Source: Oikopleura dioica (Eukaryota; Animalia; Chordata). From it: a DNA stretch of 64,000 nt. This document shows positions 12,701 to 25,549 of the stretch, piece by piece. The stretch's first letter is position 1. The number at the start of each line of letters is the position of its first letter. A program made the translations under genes and the position numbers. Below the pieces are notes generated by a model. That model was given only the letters and a program-made list of their open reading frames with translations, did no database searches and was not told the DNA's origin. The stretch lies in NCBI GenBank assembly GCA_907165135.1, contig OU015566.1, positions 7,440,001-7,504,000 of the forward strand. The letters run 5' to 3'.

Positions 12701-15700
12701 TCAAAGACCAGAAAACTTGCCTTAATTACCCTAATGTCTTTCATCACGTGGAAAGATTATTGGCCGATGGTGAGTTTCAAAGTTATTCTCATGTTTTTCG
12801 TTATCGTTTTTACAGATGAAGATGATAGCTCATCAAAGGTGGACATAAATTAGCTAGACTCTATTGTTGGTATAAACTTTCGAGTATCCCCATAAAGAAA
12901 AATTCAAATTTTTCATACGATTTATATTCTTATGGTTTCCATTAATCTTCTTTTGACCCGTGAACGGCCTCTGCTTGCAATTATTTAGAGTTTATCTTTT
13001 GGCCCTTTTCAACTTTCAACGCCCTTTGTCAACTTGAGAGCAAGAACTGATGGGTAGCAACTGGGAAATATCTGCAAAGTGAAGGGTGCTGTTATTTATG
13101 AGAGTTCAATGATGAGAGTTTTTTTCGGGAGTTTAAAAGTTTTTTAAAGTTGATCTCCCGCGGCGGATATCATTGCCGGCACACGCTGGGGCGGACATTT
13201 AGTTCGTATAGACGCCCCTCTGCGCGGCTTTAATCACATCGTGTCCATGAACATCGAGCCAGGCCACAATTCACACCACTTAGCCACGGCTCACTGAGTG
13301 CTAAAACTGACCAAGGCACTCTTCTCCCTGACGTGATAATTGAGCGCTAGAAGAATTCCGAAAAGGAATTTCGAACTGTCCAAAACAGACAAGGCACAAT
13401 TTAAAAACAGGAAACTTGATTTTGGGGGTAATCTTTTATGAACTTTCCAGATTTCCTCACCCATTTAGTCCAGTATAATTGAAAAATAAGGGTGGAAAAG
13501 ATCATCCTTGTCTGGCCGTTTTTATCGCGCCGCTTTTCGCTACTGCCTAACCGAGTTTGCAGATTATAAGCAGCTCAACAAAATGAACTGCTGGGGGTGA
13601 TTTGTGTGTTCAGCCAGGGCAAGCTCGACAAGCTTGTTAAGGTCATCAAAGTGGTAAGTCGCGTGGCTTCCGCCGAGAAAGAGTTAGACAACTGACACCT
13701 TTTATCCCCAAAAAGGATATTTCCCTGTCATAATAAACCGGCCCCCGTGCTAACTCTTGTTACTGCCTATATCCCCCTTTCTTTTCAAAATACAGCAGTG
13801 TATCATTTTCCAAAAGAGCGCTAGAATGATTCGAAAATACGGAAAAATCGTATGCGAAAAAGTTCACCATACTCTTTTTTCAACAATAATAGTAATTTTT
13901 ATCTGAGAAGCGGACGAGTTGAAGGGTAATCTTAGTTGTTTGTTGTTGGCGTTGTCAATTATCCGCTTCAAGAAATGTATACTTTAATAAGCGTAAAAAC
14001 AAAAACGGCTCCGGTGGAGCTACTCGAGTAGCGAAAACAACGTGCCCGCTCGGCCTGATCCGATGCCCATTGTATTTAGTCACCAGAAAGTATATAGTTT
14101 CACACAGCCTTTTTCTACGAACCGCTATTCACCGCCGCCAAGATCATAACTTTTCAAGAAGAAAAAAAAAGCTGCTCATGGGAAAAGAATCCTTCTTGAT
14201 TCATTTCTACAGCCGAGAGCCATTATAAGACCACCCCTAAAATCTAAAAATATTTTCCCGAATTTCGGAAAAAGCGACCTTGAGTTTGACAGTTGTTGTG
14301 TTTTTGACGCGTGCTCAATTCGAGTGTATGTGAGAAACATTCCGGTACGCTTGTTAAGGTTTTTCTATTTGAAATTTGCAAGAAGATTAGCTTCAAACAT
14401 TCTCAAAGACCGCACAGCTGCGGCTTACGTCAGTTTGTTGCATATGAGACATTTTTTCGCAGTATAAAGCGGCAACTTATTAACAAAGATCTTATAAGAA
14501 AAACCTTAAGGGTATCGAGTTTAATCAATCTTGAAGGAGAAAATGAAGCCCTTGGACTAGACAGGGCCCAGATCAAGTCTCAAGTGGGCAGATAAATCCA
14601 CCTCCGAAGGAAGGGCTCTAAATTGCCGCTAATTGGGGGCCGATTTGTGGCCCATTTTCTACTCGAAATTCAAGAAACTTTAAGTTCATCACAGTTTTAT
14701 GATATCCCCAGAAATGATCGTTTTTTACTTTCAGAAACATAAAAACACTGAGGAAGGCCCACTTGCTCCTCCAGCCAGTGCGCGGAGGAAAAGGTCGAGC
14801 AGTTATTAGCGTCAGCCCGGTGAATTATTTTTGAATTATTCATCACACACTGACTTTACATTTTGGCACCTTGGCCGAACATTTGATTTTTCAAAACAAA
14901 AATAGAATTTTCAAAAAATAAAAAAAAATTCAAAAATACCAACTATCAAAAAGTTCAATAAAAAGATTCTTCGAAGAATTCAAAAAATTGAATAAAACCT
15001 CATTTTCGGCTTCAGAAATCGTCAAAGTCCGAAGCGTGCTATTCCAAAACAACACAAAACCTCTCGAACTGCCGACTCCAACTGGGAAGACTGTAACTCT
15101 TTCGAAAAAAGTCTTTGTTCCGGCAAAAGATTATCCAGACGTGAGTCAAAGCTACAATCGCAGAAGTGTCTGAGTGACTATTTTAGTACAACTTTGTGGG
15201 GCGAATACTTGGGCCAAGAGGACTAACCGCCAAACAACTCGAGCAAGAGACGGGTTGTAAGATCATGGTGCGCGGAAAGGGCTCGATGAGGGACAAGAAA
15301 AAGGTGAAATTTCTTCACTGTGCATTTTTTCAAATTCTTCATTTTAGGAGGAGCAAAACAAGGGCAGGCCAAACTGGGAACATTTGAATGAAGAACTCCA
15401 TGTTTTAATCACCGTTGAAGATTCCGAAAACAGAGCTGAAGTCAAATTACAAAGAGCGACGCAAGAAATTGAAAAGCTCCTAGTTCCACAGGTAAAAATG
15501 CTTATTCCAACAAGAGGTACAATCTCTTCCTTTAGTCCGAAGGCGAAGATGACCTGAAAAAGAAACAGCTCATGGAACTGGCGATCATCAACGGAACGTA
15601 TCGAGACAATTCGAATGGAAAAATGGCCGCAGCAAACGGGTTAAATCGGTTAACGATGCCCGGTCTTCTTCAGGCACGGATCAGAACCATAGTTGAACTT

Positions 15701-17599
15701 GTCGCTTCTAAAAGCTTTTTGATGATCCTGTAAAAGTCGACGAACCCAGCATTCCGTCTTCCAAATCTCATGACGCCCATGGCTTGCGCTCCTGGCCTTA
15801 TGAATACCTCAATCCTTCGCCCAGTAAGTCCAAGTTAATTCTGTTTGAGCTCAAAATAAGGCGACGAAGATCAAATTCTAAAAAGAGATTTCAAGTAGAA
15901 TCGCTAAAAAATCGTTCCAAATCAATCCATTAGCGTTGATCGACCAATTAGTTGGAAAAAATCGAAATTGCCAACGAATTGGTAAAACAACGCAAATGGG
16001 TTAATTTGTTAATTTTCTTGAACTTTCCAAATTGATTAAATTTAATCAAATCAGCCAAAAGCGCTTATAAATCACGCCATCGAATTCTTTACAACCGCAA
16101 ATCAATGTTAAATAATCAGAGAGTTAAAAATTTTCGTTCAGCCCATTTCGATCAATAGCAGCATGCAAAACATCGAGCAGCCGACATTATATTATGCACC
16201 TATGGTTACGGGCTGGTCAATCTGCGGCGGCAGCTTTTCCTAATTCAATTAGAAACTTAGAAACAAAGTTAAGCCTAGTCCGTTGTTCATCCTTTTCTTC
16301 GCTGGTAATAAGAATTGGCACATGCAAGGTGTCAACGGAACATTTTTAGGAGCCAGCAGCTGATTCACACGTACTGGCGACAACTGTAATTCAATCCTTT
16401 CTTACAGTTGTTTAAAGCTAAATTTACTCTTAAAATCGAGAAGCCGCTTGCGGCTTCGAGCTTAAAAATCTAAAAGCCGCGCTTTCTCGAAGCCGCAAGC
16501 ATCTCTTTTGTGAATCCATGACCAGCCCTAGAAAAGACGCCAGCCAGTATTCGTACGCGACATTAAACGGCCTAAATGGTCTAATGGGCGCAAATGGCTT
16601 GGACTACGCCTCCCAGAACGTCTCGCCGAACGAAATGATGGGTGAGTCGCCTGGAGGAATGCCACTACCCGCCTCAAGCTCGAACGGGCATGGGCACCTA
16701 CACAGTCAGTCAGGCACGGCGCTGGGCACCATGGGCGACCTGGTGCACAGCCGCGGGCACAGCCACCACGTGGTAGCCAACGGCAACTGAAATCAACAAT
16801 GAGTTCATCCCCCAAAAAACAAAAACACATGGACAAGATGCCATTTTAAATATTTTTGTATTTTTCAATTACTATTATGCATAAAAAACGAAAACTACGG
16901 AGCCGGTTGCTTATTTGTTATTATTTTCTGCCAAAGTCTGAATTGCTCAATTTTTTTTCAGTACGAGTTGGTCCGCTTTTCATTCATAAAAAAATATTTT
17001 TTTGTTTCGAGAATTTTATCTCACACATTCCTCCTCCTGTACTTTATAATTTAAAATTATTATTTCGCGATTTTTAAATGTGCAATTTCAAAAACCCCGA
17101 AACTGGGCGTCAATAAAAAGCCGACTTGAGAACCCTATCCGACGCAAATGAAGAGCTTTTTATTGCCGCCCGGTTATTTTTTAAATTACAGTAAGACTGA
17201 TCTTGCACAAGTGAATATTTCTCGGCCTTGAAGGGGCTGAAAGTGAAACTATCTCATCATGAATCATGACACCACTCTATCTTCAGTCCTTAAAAATCCC
17301 ATGACAATGAATTTAAGGCGAATCCCCTTAAATTAGGGCTCTCCCCACTAGAACAATGAATCCCAGACTCGTCATTTTGGGCTAATAGTGCCATAAGCTT
17401 TATTTTGAAAATATCAATGCTCTCCTCAAATTTCAACCTTGACGCTTTTTAAGGATCAACTGGTGTGTCGCAAGGATCCTCGTCAGCTGGGCCGAGCGGT
17501 TCGGGCGGGCCGGGCCCCATCAAGGGCGCCCGGACTAGCCGGCCGACTCTCCAGCCCGGGCAGCATCCGTACGCGAGACCGAAAGGTACAGTAAGCTAA
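6760..17599 (+). CDS. QKI: Quaking / STAR-family KH RNA-binding protein, multi-isoform locus
   Basis: Core exons 15016-15140, 15187-15303, 15348-15491 and 15536-15673 give [73 protein letters not shown] (KH) and [22 protein letters not shown] (QUA2), nearly identical to vertebrate QKI. Confidence 0.97.
7705..7727 (+). repeat. Interstitial telomere-type repeat (TTAGGG)3
   Basis: GGTTAGGGTTAGGGTTAGGGTTA inside a QKI intron. Confidence 0.85.
8446..8605 (+). CDS. QKI: QKI QUA1 dimerisation exon A
   Basis: [28 protein letters not shown] with phase-1 donor G|GTAAGT. Matches QKI [32 protein letters not shown]. Confidence 0.9.
10437..10679. mobile_element. Non-autonomous MITE (hAT-like), 243 bp, ~65-bp TIRs, 8-bp TSD
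   Basis: Left end CTGGGCTCGGCAACCTGTGTAGAAAACCTGAGTAAGG is inverted at the right end. Flanks are TCTTAACC (10429-10436) and TCTTAGCC (10680-10687). Interior has AAGCCGC-N-GCGGCTT hairpins. Confidence 0.88.
12604..12769 (+). CDS. QKI: QKI QUA1 dimerisation exon B (alternative first coding exon)
   Basis: [55 protein letters not shown] with phase-1 donor G|GTGAGT, the same phase as exon A. Confidence 0.9.
16518..16790 (+). CDS. QKI: QKI Tyr-rich exon with internal donor (16641/16642) and read-through C-terminus
   Basis: [25 protein letters not shown]|GTGAGT, reading through to ..HHVVANGN*. The exact acceptor is uncertain. Confidence 0.7.
   Translation: MTSPRKDASQYSYATLNGLNGLMGANGLDYASQNVSPNEMMGESPGGMPLPASSSNGHGHLHSQSGTALGTMGDLVHSRGHSHHVVANGN
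17101..17175. repeat. Imperfect ~21-bp inverted repeat (hairpin) containing AATAAA
   Basis: AACTGGGCGTCAATAAAAAGC (17101-17121) pairs with GCTTTTTATTGCCGCCCGGTT (17155-17175), 2 mismatches. Confidence 0.7.
17454..17599 (+). CDS. QKI: QKI alternative C-terminal exon with HPYxR NLS-like motif
   Basis: Acceptor TTTTAAG|GA in phase 1 gives [44 protein letters not shown]. Confidence 0.8.
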
Positions 17600-20576
17600 T
17601 TTTGAATTAAGACCCCCGCTAGATCATTTTTTACCGAAACCCCTTAAACCGAACCACATTTGATCCTATCGCTCTTCAACCATTTCCATTTTCCTCACGT
17701 GACCTGAGAGATCACGTGGTGAAATTATCCTGTGTGCCTTTTGAACACTCTGTGCCTTTTCATCCGACCTCTTTTCCTTTTCATCCCTTTTTTAATCTTA
17801 AAAAACGATGAAAATAAAAGTTGGTCAAAATTTTAATTTTGCAAATACTCCATTTTCTTATTTCAACTTTCCTTTCTTATTTTCATGAGACCATGACTCT
17901 TTTCAACCCTTTTCTGTGAAGCAACGAAGCTAATCTAAGCTATGTATGATAAACTTGTTATTTTCCAATTTGTGACAAAGACTCTTTCTCAATTTTGCAA
18001 AGATCGTTATTTCAAAACAACCAAAAAAAGAACAAGAACAAAAAAAAACTCTATCAAAGTGCCAACTTCTCGACCTGCAGGTGGCCCGAACCTATCCTTT
18101 CGAAGAGGGTTGGGGTAGGGTTAAAAACGGTACCAAACCTACCTACACACCAATTTTCTGTCACCAGGCTTTTCACTATTTTTATAGATTCAGAAAAGTT
18201 AATAAATTCGGTTCAAACAAAATAAAACAAAAACTTTGGAAAATCCAAAATATGGCAAAATGTACAGGCTGCTGGACAAAATACAGGGCAGTGAATACAA
18301 CATTTTTATCAACATCTTGGTGTTGATTTACGATCATTCGCGTAAATCAAAACAAATCTAACCCAGTTGGTGTTTAGCGTAATTTTTAGTTGGTGCTCAA
18401 CCCATGCCCGCTTACTGGCCAAAATATTGGTCACTTCGCGCGCAGGGGTTGAACTTTTTAATCAATGATCTGAAACTTGGCTCTCTCTCTCCTTAAAATC
18501 TTGACCCTTTTTTTGGAATTTCGATTTGTCAATTGTACAACCGCTATGCTTTAACATCGTCATGAAAAGATTTCTTTTCGATATTGCTGTTATTTGCATG
18601 AAAAAAAAAACAAATTGATTCATTTTACTCATATTCTTACTTTTTCCACACTTATTTCCACGATTCTCATCAATTTTGCTACTGGCTTTGAATTAAGGGT
18701 ACATCACCATCTAACAGACAACGGAGCAGGAACAAACTTTCGGATGTTCCATGCTCCGTAAGTTGGTAGTGGTGCACGCTTAACAACTTCCAGTAACATC
18801 AACATTCGTTCGTCTGATAGGATCACTACTCACCCTCAATGTTCTAACCCCGATTCCACCAGTTCAACGCGTGTTCAACAAGTTGATACGCGTTTTCCCC
18901 ACTGACAAACACCCCCTTAGGAGCAACACTAGAATATAATTAAAAATATGAGACCAAGTTTTTCATAATTTCGTTTACTAATGTTTATATTCTCAGGTGG
19001 CCATAACCACTAACTCCGGTGATTCATCTCCTCACAACTTACAAATCACACAAAGGGTGGATGCAGATAAATAACAAAAATAGTTACAAGTAGTGAGATT
19101 ATTACAGTAACGAAAATTGTAGTCCAAAATCGAATAGAAATTACATTTGAGCACGCAAATTTAATTAACGCTGATTGTATTGATGCCGCTCAATCGCTCC
19201 AGATTTCATTAGAAACGCTTCGGCCATTCCCTTGAGATAGAAAAAAGGGATGACCTCTCTTTTCCTCGCTTTTCTTCAAGACTTTTGTCCTGAAAAATGA
19301 TCAACATAGAGTTGAATAATAATTAACTAAAACCCTTTTTGGTGTTCATAACTCGGTGTTTTCTTTACTAAGCTGGGTGCATCACAGTAGTAAAAACAAG
19401 TTCTACTGCCTGGTCATATAAGAAGGGTACCTGGGATGACTCATCTCAGAGCCAAGTCTTCTAATTTGACCAGGGAGAAACTCGTGATTACCGACCTGGT
19501 CATTTGACGAGTTCAAAATCTTGAATCAGAGTCCGTAAGTGATCAATTTTGGCAGCCAAATTGAAACCTACCTCTCTGCGGGCTAATCTGACACTATCTA
19601 GACGGGCTCTAGCAAAAAAGAGAGACCCTTATCAGCTTAGCCACTATTCCGATTCAGTGGAAAGCCTACTAAAGTAGTTATGGGCTCGTTTGTAATTAAA
19701 ATTTCTTTCAAACAGAAGAAGATGATCGTAGTCCTTGAGATTATTATTGCGCCTCCTAATTTGATCCAGATGCTTTGTGGCGTCACGTGATCGCGCATTA
19801 GCTAAGTGGGATTTTCTTCTCACTTACTACTCGTTCTCTTCATAAGAAAAACCGAACGAATCATCCGTCAAAATAGAGCGCGGAATGTCTAATTTAGTAA
19901 AAGTAAGAAATTTAAAGTGGCGAAAAACGAAGTTTTCATAAATATCAAAAAATGACTTGATAGCAAGGAAGAGTATAAAAATCTGCATCCCCGGCCAGTG
20001 CCTGAGATTCTAACCGTTTTGGAGCTGACCTGCGCTGAGCTGTCGCCACTAATCTAACAACTCCAACACGCACACTACTACTCTGCTTGCAACAACAAAA
20101 AACAAACATCAACAAAAATCTAACGTCCGCCGCCAAAACACACAAAAGTCTTCAAGAAAAAAACAACACATTGTGCTTGAATTTGTCTACTTTAGATAGC
20201 CTGACTCTGATAACTAATTCCGCGGTGCCTCTTTTCTTCAGATATCTACTGTATATATCAGTACGTAAATGTGGACAGGAATGGAGGCCCGACTACCTAA
20301 CCCATGCACCTGTACAAAGAAACCTGTATTTAGCTGTATCTTTGGACACAGCAGCCAGCAGTCTTGCCTTTTAACCTATTTCCATTGATTTCATTTCACG
20401 TATTTATTCCTACTTGATGCAGTAAGCAGGATTTTTTACTATTATTATATTAAATAATAAACAAAAGAATATAAGAGAGAATCAATTAGACAAATATGAT
20501 TTTATTGGAGAATTGCAAAAATACGTTAGAGCATACAAAAATATAAAGATACAGTCAGAGCAAACAGAAGCGCTTT

Positions 20577-23489
20577 TTAGCGATACCTGAAATTAAACAA
20601 TGAGGATAAATTTAAAAAAATTGCTTACTTGGCAGCCCAATTGGTCCTCCCTAGTCCAGGCATCAACTGCGGAAGAGGATTCCTTCTTTGTTGATTCGCG
20701 CGGAGAGGTAGAACTGACGGAGCAGTGTTTCTGTATCGCCAGCTGCTATCTGAAAAGACCCAGTAATGAAAGATACTCGTAGATATTCAGAAGCGCGAGA
20801 AATCGTTAAAAAGCTATCATTTTAAACCTTCATAAAAATGATATAACGAACAATTGGCCTTTCAAGATCGAGTAAAAAAGTCACAAAAATCGGTTGATAA
20901 GTTTCATCAACAGAGTTCAACAAAAATCAAGCGATCACGAAACGAGCAAGAATTCGACATATCCCCACAACTACTGTTCTTTTGACTTTTACCTGAAGCT
21001 TTCTAACCAATCAGGTAGATTATCTAAATCTGTCAAGAAAACGATCAAAATTAACGGTGAACTTACGATTGTTGGAGTGACTGGAGTTATTGCTATTTTG
21101 GTTTTGACTGTTTTGATGATTGGGAGGCGGCGGGTTTTGGCTACCCGCGCCAGAAGAAGGTAGGTATCGAGCAGTATGGAGGTAGTGGTCGCGCGGCGTC
21201 AGTCGTTTGTTGGGCACCAGTTTCACCGGCTTGTCTCTGAAACATATTCTAGCGCTCTTTCTATAATTTGCGCCTTACATTCTTCCAGCGTTTTCTTTAG
21301 ACAAGGAAGATAAGTCTAGCGAAGGACTGTCCGGAGAGAAATCGAATTGCCAGTTGGTTCTGAAAAGACAAAAATAATCTTTGAATCGTGGAAAATTCAA
21401 AAACTTACCCAGTGTTCCTAGAAGCAAGTTTGTTCTTGTCGGACGGTGCCGGCCTGACGACCTTGCGAGGAGGATTGAGTTTCGTTTTTGAATGCATCAG
21501 ATTTGACTTCGGTTTCGTCGATTTTCCAGCACTAGGGAACAACCTGTCAACTTAAAATTCCCTCTTGAATTCTTTATTTACCCATGCGAAAGAAGATTCT
21601 CAAGATCGTCAAGTTCCGAGTCACCATTTGCGAGCCCCAGGAGCTCGTCCAGATCTGACGAAATCTCTGTTTTCTTAGTTTTCGTCGTTCCCTTTTTCTG
21701 AGAGGTCAAAATGTCGGAGATTAAATCGTCATCAGAATCAACACCGTCGTCGTCGGAAAACATCGCGCCATATGTACTCAAATTCTTCGCTGGTGGCTCT
21801 TTCTTTTTCGGCGCACTCGTTCGTTTCTCCGGCCGAGAGCGAAAGGAAGCAACTGAGCTGTTGTTTCCAATTGAAGACTTTCGACCTGTACCAGAGTAAA
21901 TTGACGTTTTAGTTGGTTCTTTTCGGAGATGAGGGGCAGGAGGAGCATTTCCGAGCAGTTCTTCCATCAAGTCTACAGTGTCGTCGAGCTTGAAATTCGG
22001 CTCTTTGTAGCTAAAGAGAGGGATTACTTGAAGGGAAATACGGGACTTTTCTTACGATGGAACTTCAGAACGAGACTTGACTGACTGTTTCTTGACCATT
22101 GAAGGTTCTTTGGTGATCTTCGGCATAGAATGATTTCCAAAATGCGAGTCGCCATGGAGTTTCTCCATTGCTTCTTTTTGCGTCGTTTGCGAGCCGAGAT
22201 TACTGTAGTTCGTAAAGTAAGGGTATCTAAATCAAGAATATGAGCTGTCGGGAATATTTTTGAAGATAACTTGAGAGATTCAGTAGCAGTTGGACGCTTC
22301 TTGGGATTCCAGAGCATAAGGTCTGCCATGAGTTGAATCGCTTCTCGAGACGCTTGACTGAGGACTTTTGGGAAATCGGTCGCCACGCACTGGGGAAATC
22401 GAAAGTTCATGTTCGCAGCGAGAGTGTGTCCTTCAGGCCATGTAGTTCGATTTGGAGTTCCGAGGATAGAGCAGACTAACATAAAGTTAGAAGATTAATG
22501 AAAGATCAAAACTTACTTTTGAAAATCTGATCAATCTCCGTGCTGCCTGGAAAAAGGGGATGAAGCCTGTACAGCTCTGCCATGATACAGCCAACAGCCC
22601 AAAGATCAATCGGCGCGTTATAATTTGTCGAACGCAGAAGCACTTCTGGAGCTCTGTACCATCTTGTAGAGACGTAATCCGTATATGGCGGCTTTGAGCG
22701 AATTTCCCGCGCTAACCCGAAGTCGGCGATTTTCACCAAATCGGGTCCCATAAGCAGCAGGTTTTCGGGCTTGATGTCGCGGTGGAAATAACCTTGAAGC
22801 AGTTACAGTCAGCTTTCTAGCTGAAGATGTACCTTGTCGATGCATAAACTGAAGACCTTGAATTATCTGGAAGGAAATTGTGCGGATATTGTTTTCGGGA
22901 ATATAACGATCCTGCGACTTCATGAATTGATACAAATTTTCTACAAAGAAAACGTCATTCTTTTGTCCAAATGTATTAAGGTTGTACCTTTCATATATTC
23001 AAAAACGAAGTAAAGGATGTCGTGCTCGCGGACGACTTCGCGCAGCTTGACGATATTCGGGTGGCTCATTTTCTTGAGGGATCGCACTTCGCGTAGATTG
23101 ACTGCTTCCTCCCAGGTGTAGAACTTTTTCTTCATTCTGAAAAGAATTTAGTGTCAACGAGGAGAAAATCAGTAAATTTAAATTGTGAATGCAAGATTTA
23201 AATAATAAGATTAAATTTAAATTTCAATTTTAAATTTAAACCCGACGAAGAATGATATCGAGAGACTCCGAAAATTGTTTTTTAGATATCGGCAGTTTTC
23301 GAGAAGAAATCTTCAAATTTTAAAAAATTTTATGAATGTTATTGTTTTTGAATTTTGGAGAAAATTTGCTTTTTGAGAATTTTCGTACCTTTTGATGGCG
23401 ACCATGGAACCATCCTCGAGGTTCTTGGCGAGATTGACGGAGCCGTAGGTGCCATCTCCTAACGTCTTTAGCTGCTGATACCGATTCAT
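20577..23489 (-). CDS. MAK: MAK/ICK (CILK1)-family CMGC Ser/Thr kinase
   Basis: [89 protein letters not shown] (TDY activation motif). Also has [10 protein letters not shown] and C-terminal GRTNWAAK|YR* like MAK/ICK. Confidence 0.95.
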
Positions 23490-24920
23490 GTCATTCCCAT
23501 CTGAAAAGTAAAAAGGTAGATTTGTTTATTTTCTAGCGCAGTTCTGGAAATCATTGTTTTTCTTCAAAAAGAAATCCAGACTTTTTGAAAAGGCAAAAGA
23601 GCAAAATTTCGGGTCGAGAAAAACGAGATGGATTTTGAGTCAACGAGCCAAAGTGAAGAAAGTGAAAAAGGTAAATCTGAATCGCCAGTTCGAACCAGAA
23701 AAATATAGAAAAAAGAGAGATGGGGCCGTGGAGAGGTGAAAATTCTATCTTTTTGAGAGTTTTGAAATCATAGAAGATTATTTTTTCTTTTCAGAAAACC
23801 GAAACTTCAGCTTCACTGGCGAAAAACGATCGCAAAGCAGCGGCTCTGGAGACAGTCAAAGGAAAAAGGGATGAAATCGGAGAAGTTTTTTTTCTCTAAA
23901 ATTTTTAATTTTTCTCCGGAAAAAAGGCTTGTTTTCGAAGTGGCTTGGAAAAAACGGAATATCAAAAGCTTATCCTGTATAGATCATTCGTTGCTATGTA
24001 AAAAGAAGAAACTAAACAATGCAAAGCCGAATTTCCTTTTTCTTACTTCGCGCCCATCACTGCCAAAGTCAAAAATCTTCCGTGGCTTTAATTTATTGCT
24101 GGAATTTTTCGCGAAATTTAGGCACGAAACTTGAGCATAAAATTTTGACTAAGGTTTCAATTTAGTGAGTTAACGGAATTCTAGTGTTTAAAGAGGTGAA
24201 CCGTTTTTTAAAAGAAAATTAGCTCATAAGAATAAATTTATAAGGGGAAATATATTTTTAGATTTTCTTATTTTCTATGGAAAGAGGATTTTTAGGACAT
24301 CTGCTGGAGTAGATAAAAGGTTGGATAAAGAAGATAAAATCGAGGGTATCAGCTGTTTACGGATATAAATTGAACATTTTCTGAAGCAGGCAGACAAATT
24401 GGAGAGTGATTGAAAAATATAAGATGATTTTTAAGTCAACCAACACCTAAATGCTGTTTCTCAAGAAATTCGCTTTCTCTTAAAATGATGCCTCTTTCAT
24501 GTTAACACGATTTATATTAAACCTTAGAAAATAAGATCAGGAATAAACTCAACATCTCTATCAAATTGTCTTCATCCCTGAAAAAGAGGTCAACTGACTT
24601 CGATGCTGGAATCAACGTCAATGTCTCACTTCACCCCAAAAGTGCCGCGTCAACGTCGCGGCGAACACTTGAGCAGGTAAAAATTCAAAAATCGCTATTT
24701 GCGAAAACAAGGTGCTTGTGTGTTTGTGTTCTTGTCACAAGGGGCCTTCACAAATCGATGGCATTAGCGGAGAAGGGATTTCGAAGCTTCCTTTTGTGAG
24801 ACGGATTAACCATCTTTTATTTTTCTTTTTAGCCACGTGAGCTCCAATAGACTTGAAAATCTACGAGTTGTAGGAAAGGGTACTCTACTCAATCAAAATT
24901 TAGTTTCGAGGAAAGTTGCT

Positions 24921-25010
24921 AAAAAGCCGCGCGCAGCTTGATGAAGAAGGCGAATTTTAGCCTTCGTAGAATTAAGAAACGTATAGCCGCGCGCGGCTTC
25001 TTCGGCCAGA
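24921..25010. repeat. AAGCCGC-N-GCGGCTT hairpin motifs (MITE relic)
   Basis: AAAAGCCGCGCGCAGCTT and TAGCCGCGCGCGGCTTC resemble the interior of the MITE at 10437. Confidence 0.5.
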
Positions 25011-25549
25011 AGCAAATAAAATGCAAAAGAGCTGCGGGAATTCATTTCAAGAAAGTTAAGAGAGCTCGATTTAGTTTCGCTAAATATTTAATCGCTTTGA
25101 ATGCATTTTCAATAAGCCCCTCTCCCGCGAACTGGCATTTTAACACTGGAGCAAATATCAACTCAACAGTACAAAATGTATAAAATTCGCTCAATTCCTA
25201 GTTTCCCGTGGATGATTCTAGCGCTAGAAATCGAGTCTTCGAGGATCTCTCTTTTAGAATCTTAATTTGGACAAGATTGATTTCGCTTGCCAAGGCAAAT
25301 CATCTTGGATCGAAAAGAAACCAAATATTTGGCGCAATGTCACCATAATAATTTCCACCTGTGGGATCACTGAAAAATGGCGCAAAACACAATTTCCTGC
25401 GTCACCATGCCGATTGATAGATAATTCACAGGGAAAACTGATAAGCACTCAGTACAAACATCAAGTACTCTTCTCTTCCTACGATTTTCTTCGAATAATT
25501 TCGATCATAATTTGTCATTCATGCTATATTCTAGGAAAATCAGCAATAG

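Noticed and set aside
13560-13660. Strong donor GTG|GTAAGT as a third QUA1 exon
   Set aside because: No ATG-initiated QUA1-like frame in phase 1. It could still be a non-coding 5' exon.
14738-14819. AG..GT bounded segment reading EKVEQLLAS, resembling the end of QUA1
   Set aside because: That frame has upstream stops and the wrong phase for joining exon 15016.
20087-20374. Plus-strand 95-aa ORF
   Set aside because: It lies in the AT-rich MAK 3' region and shows no homology or coherent splice structure.
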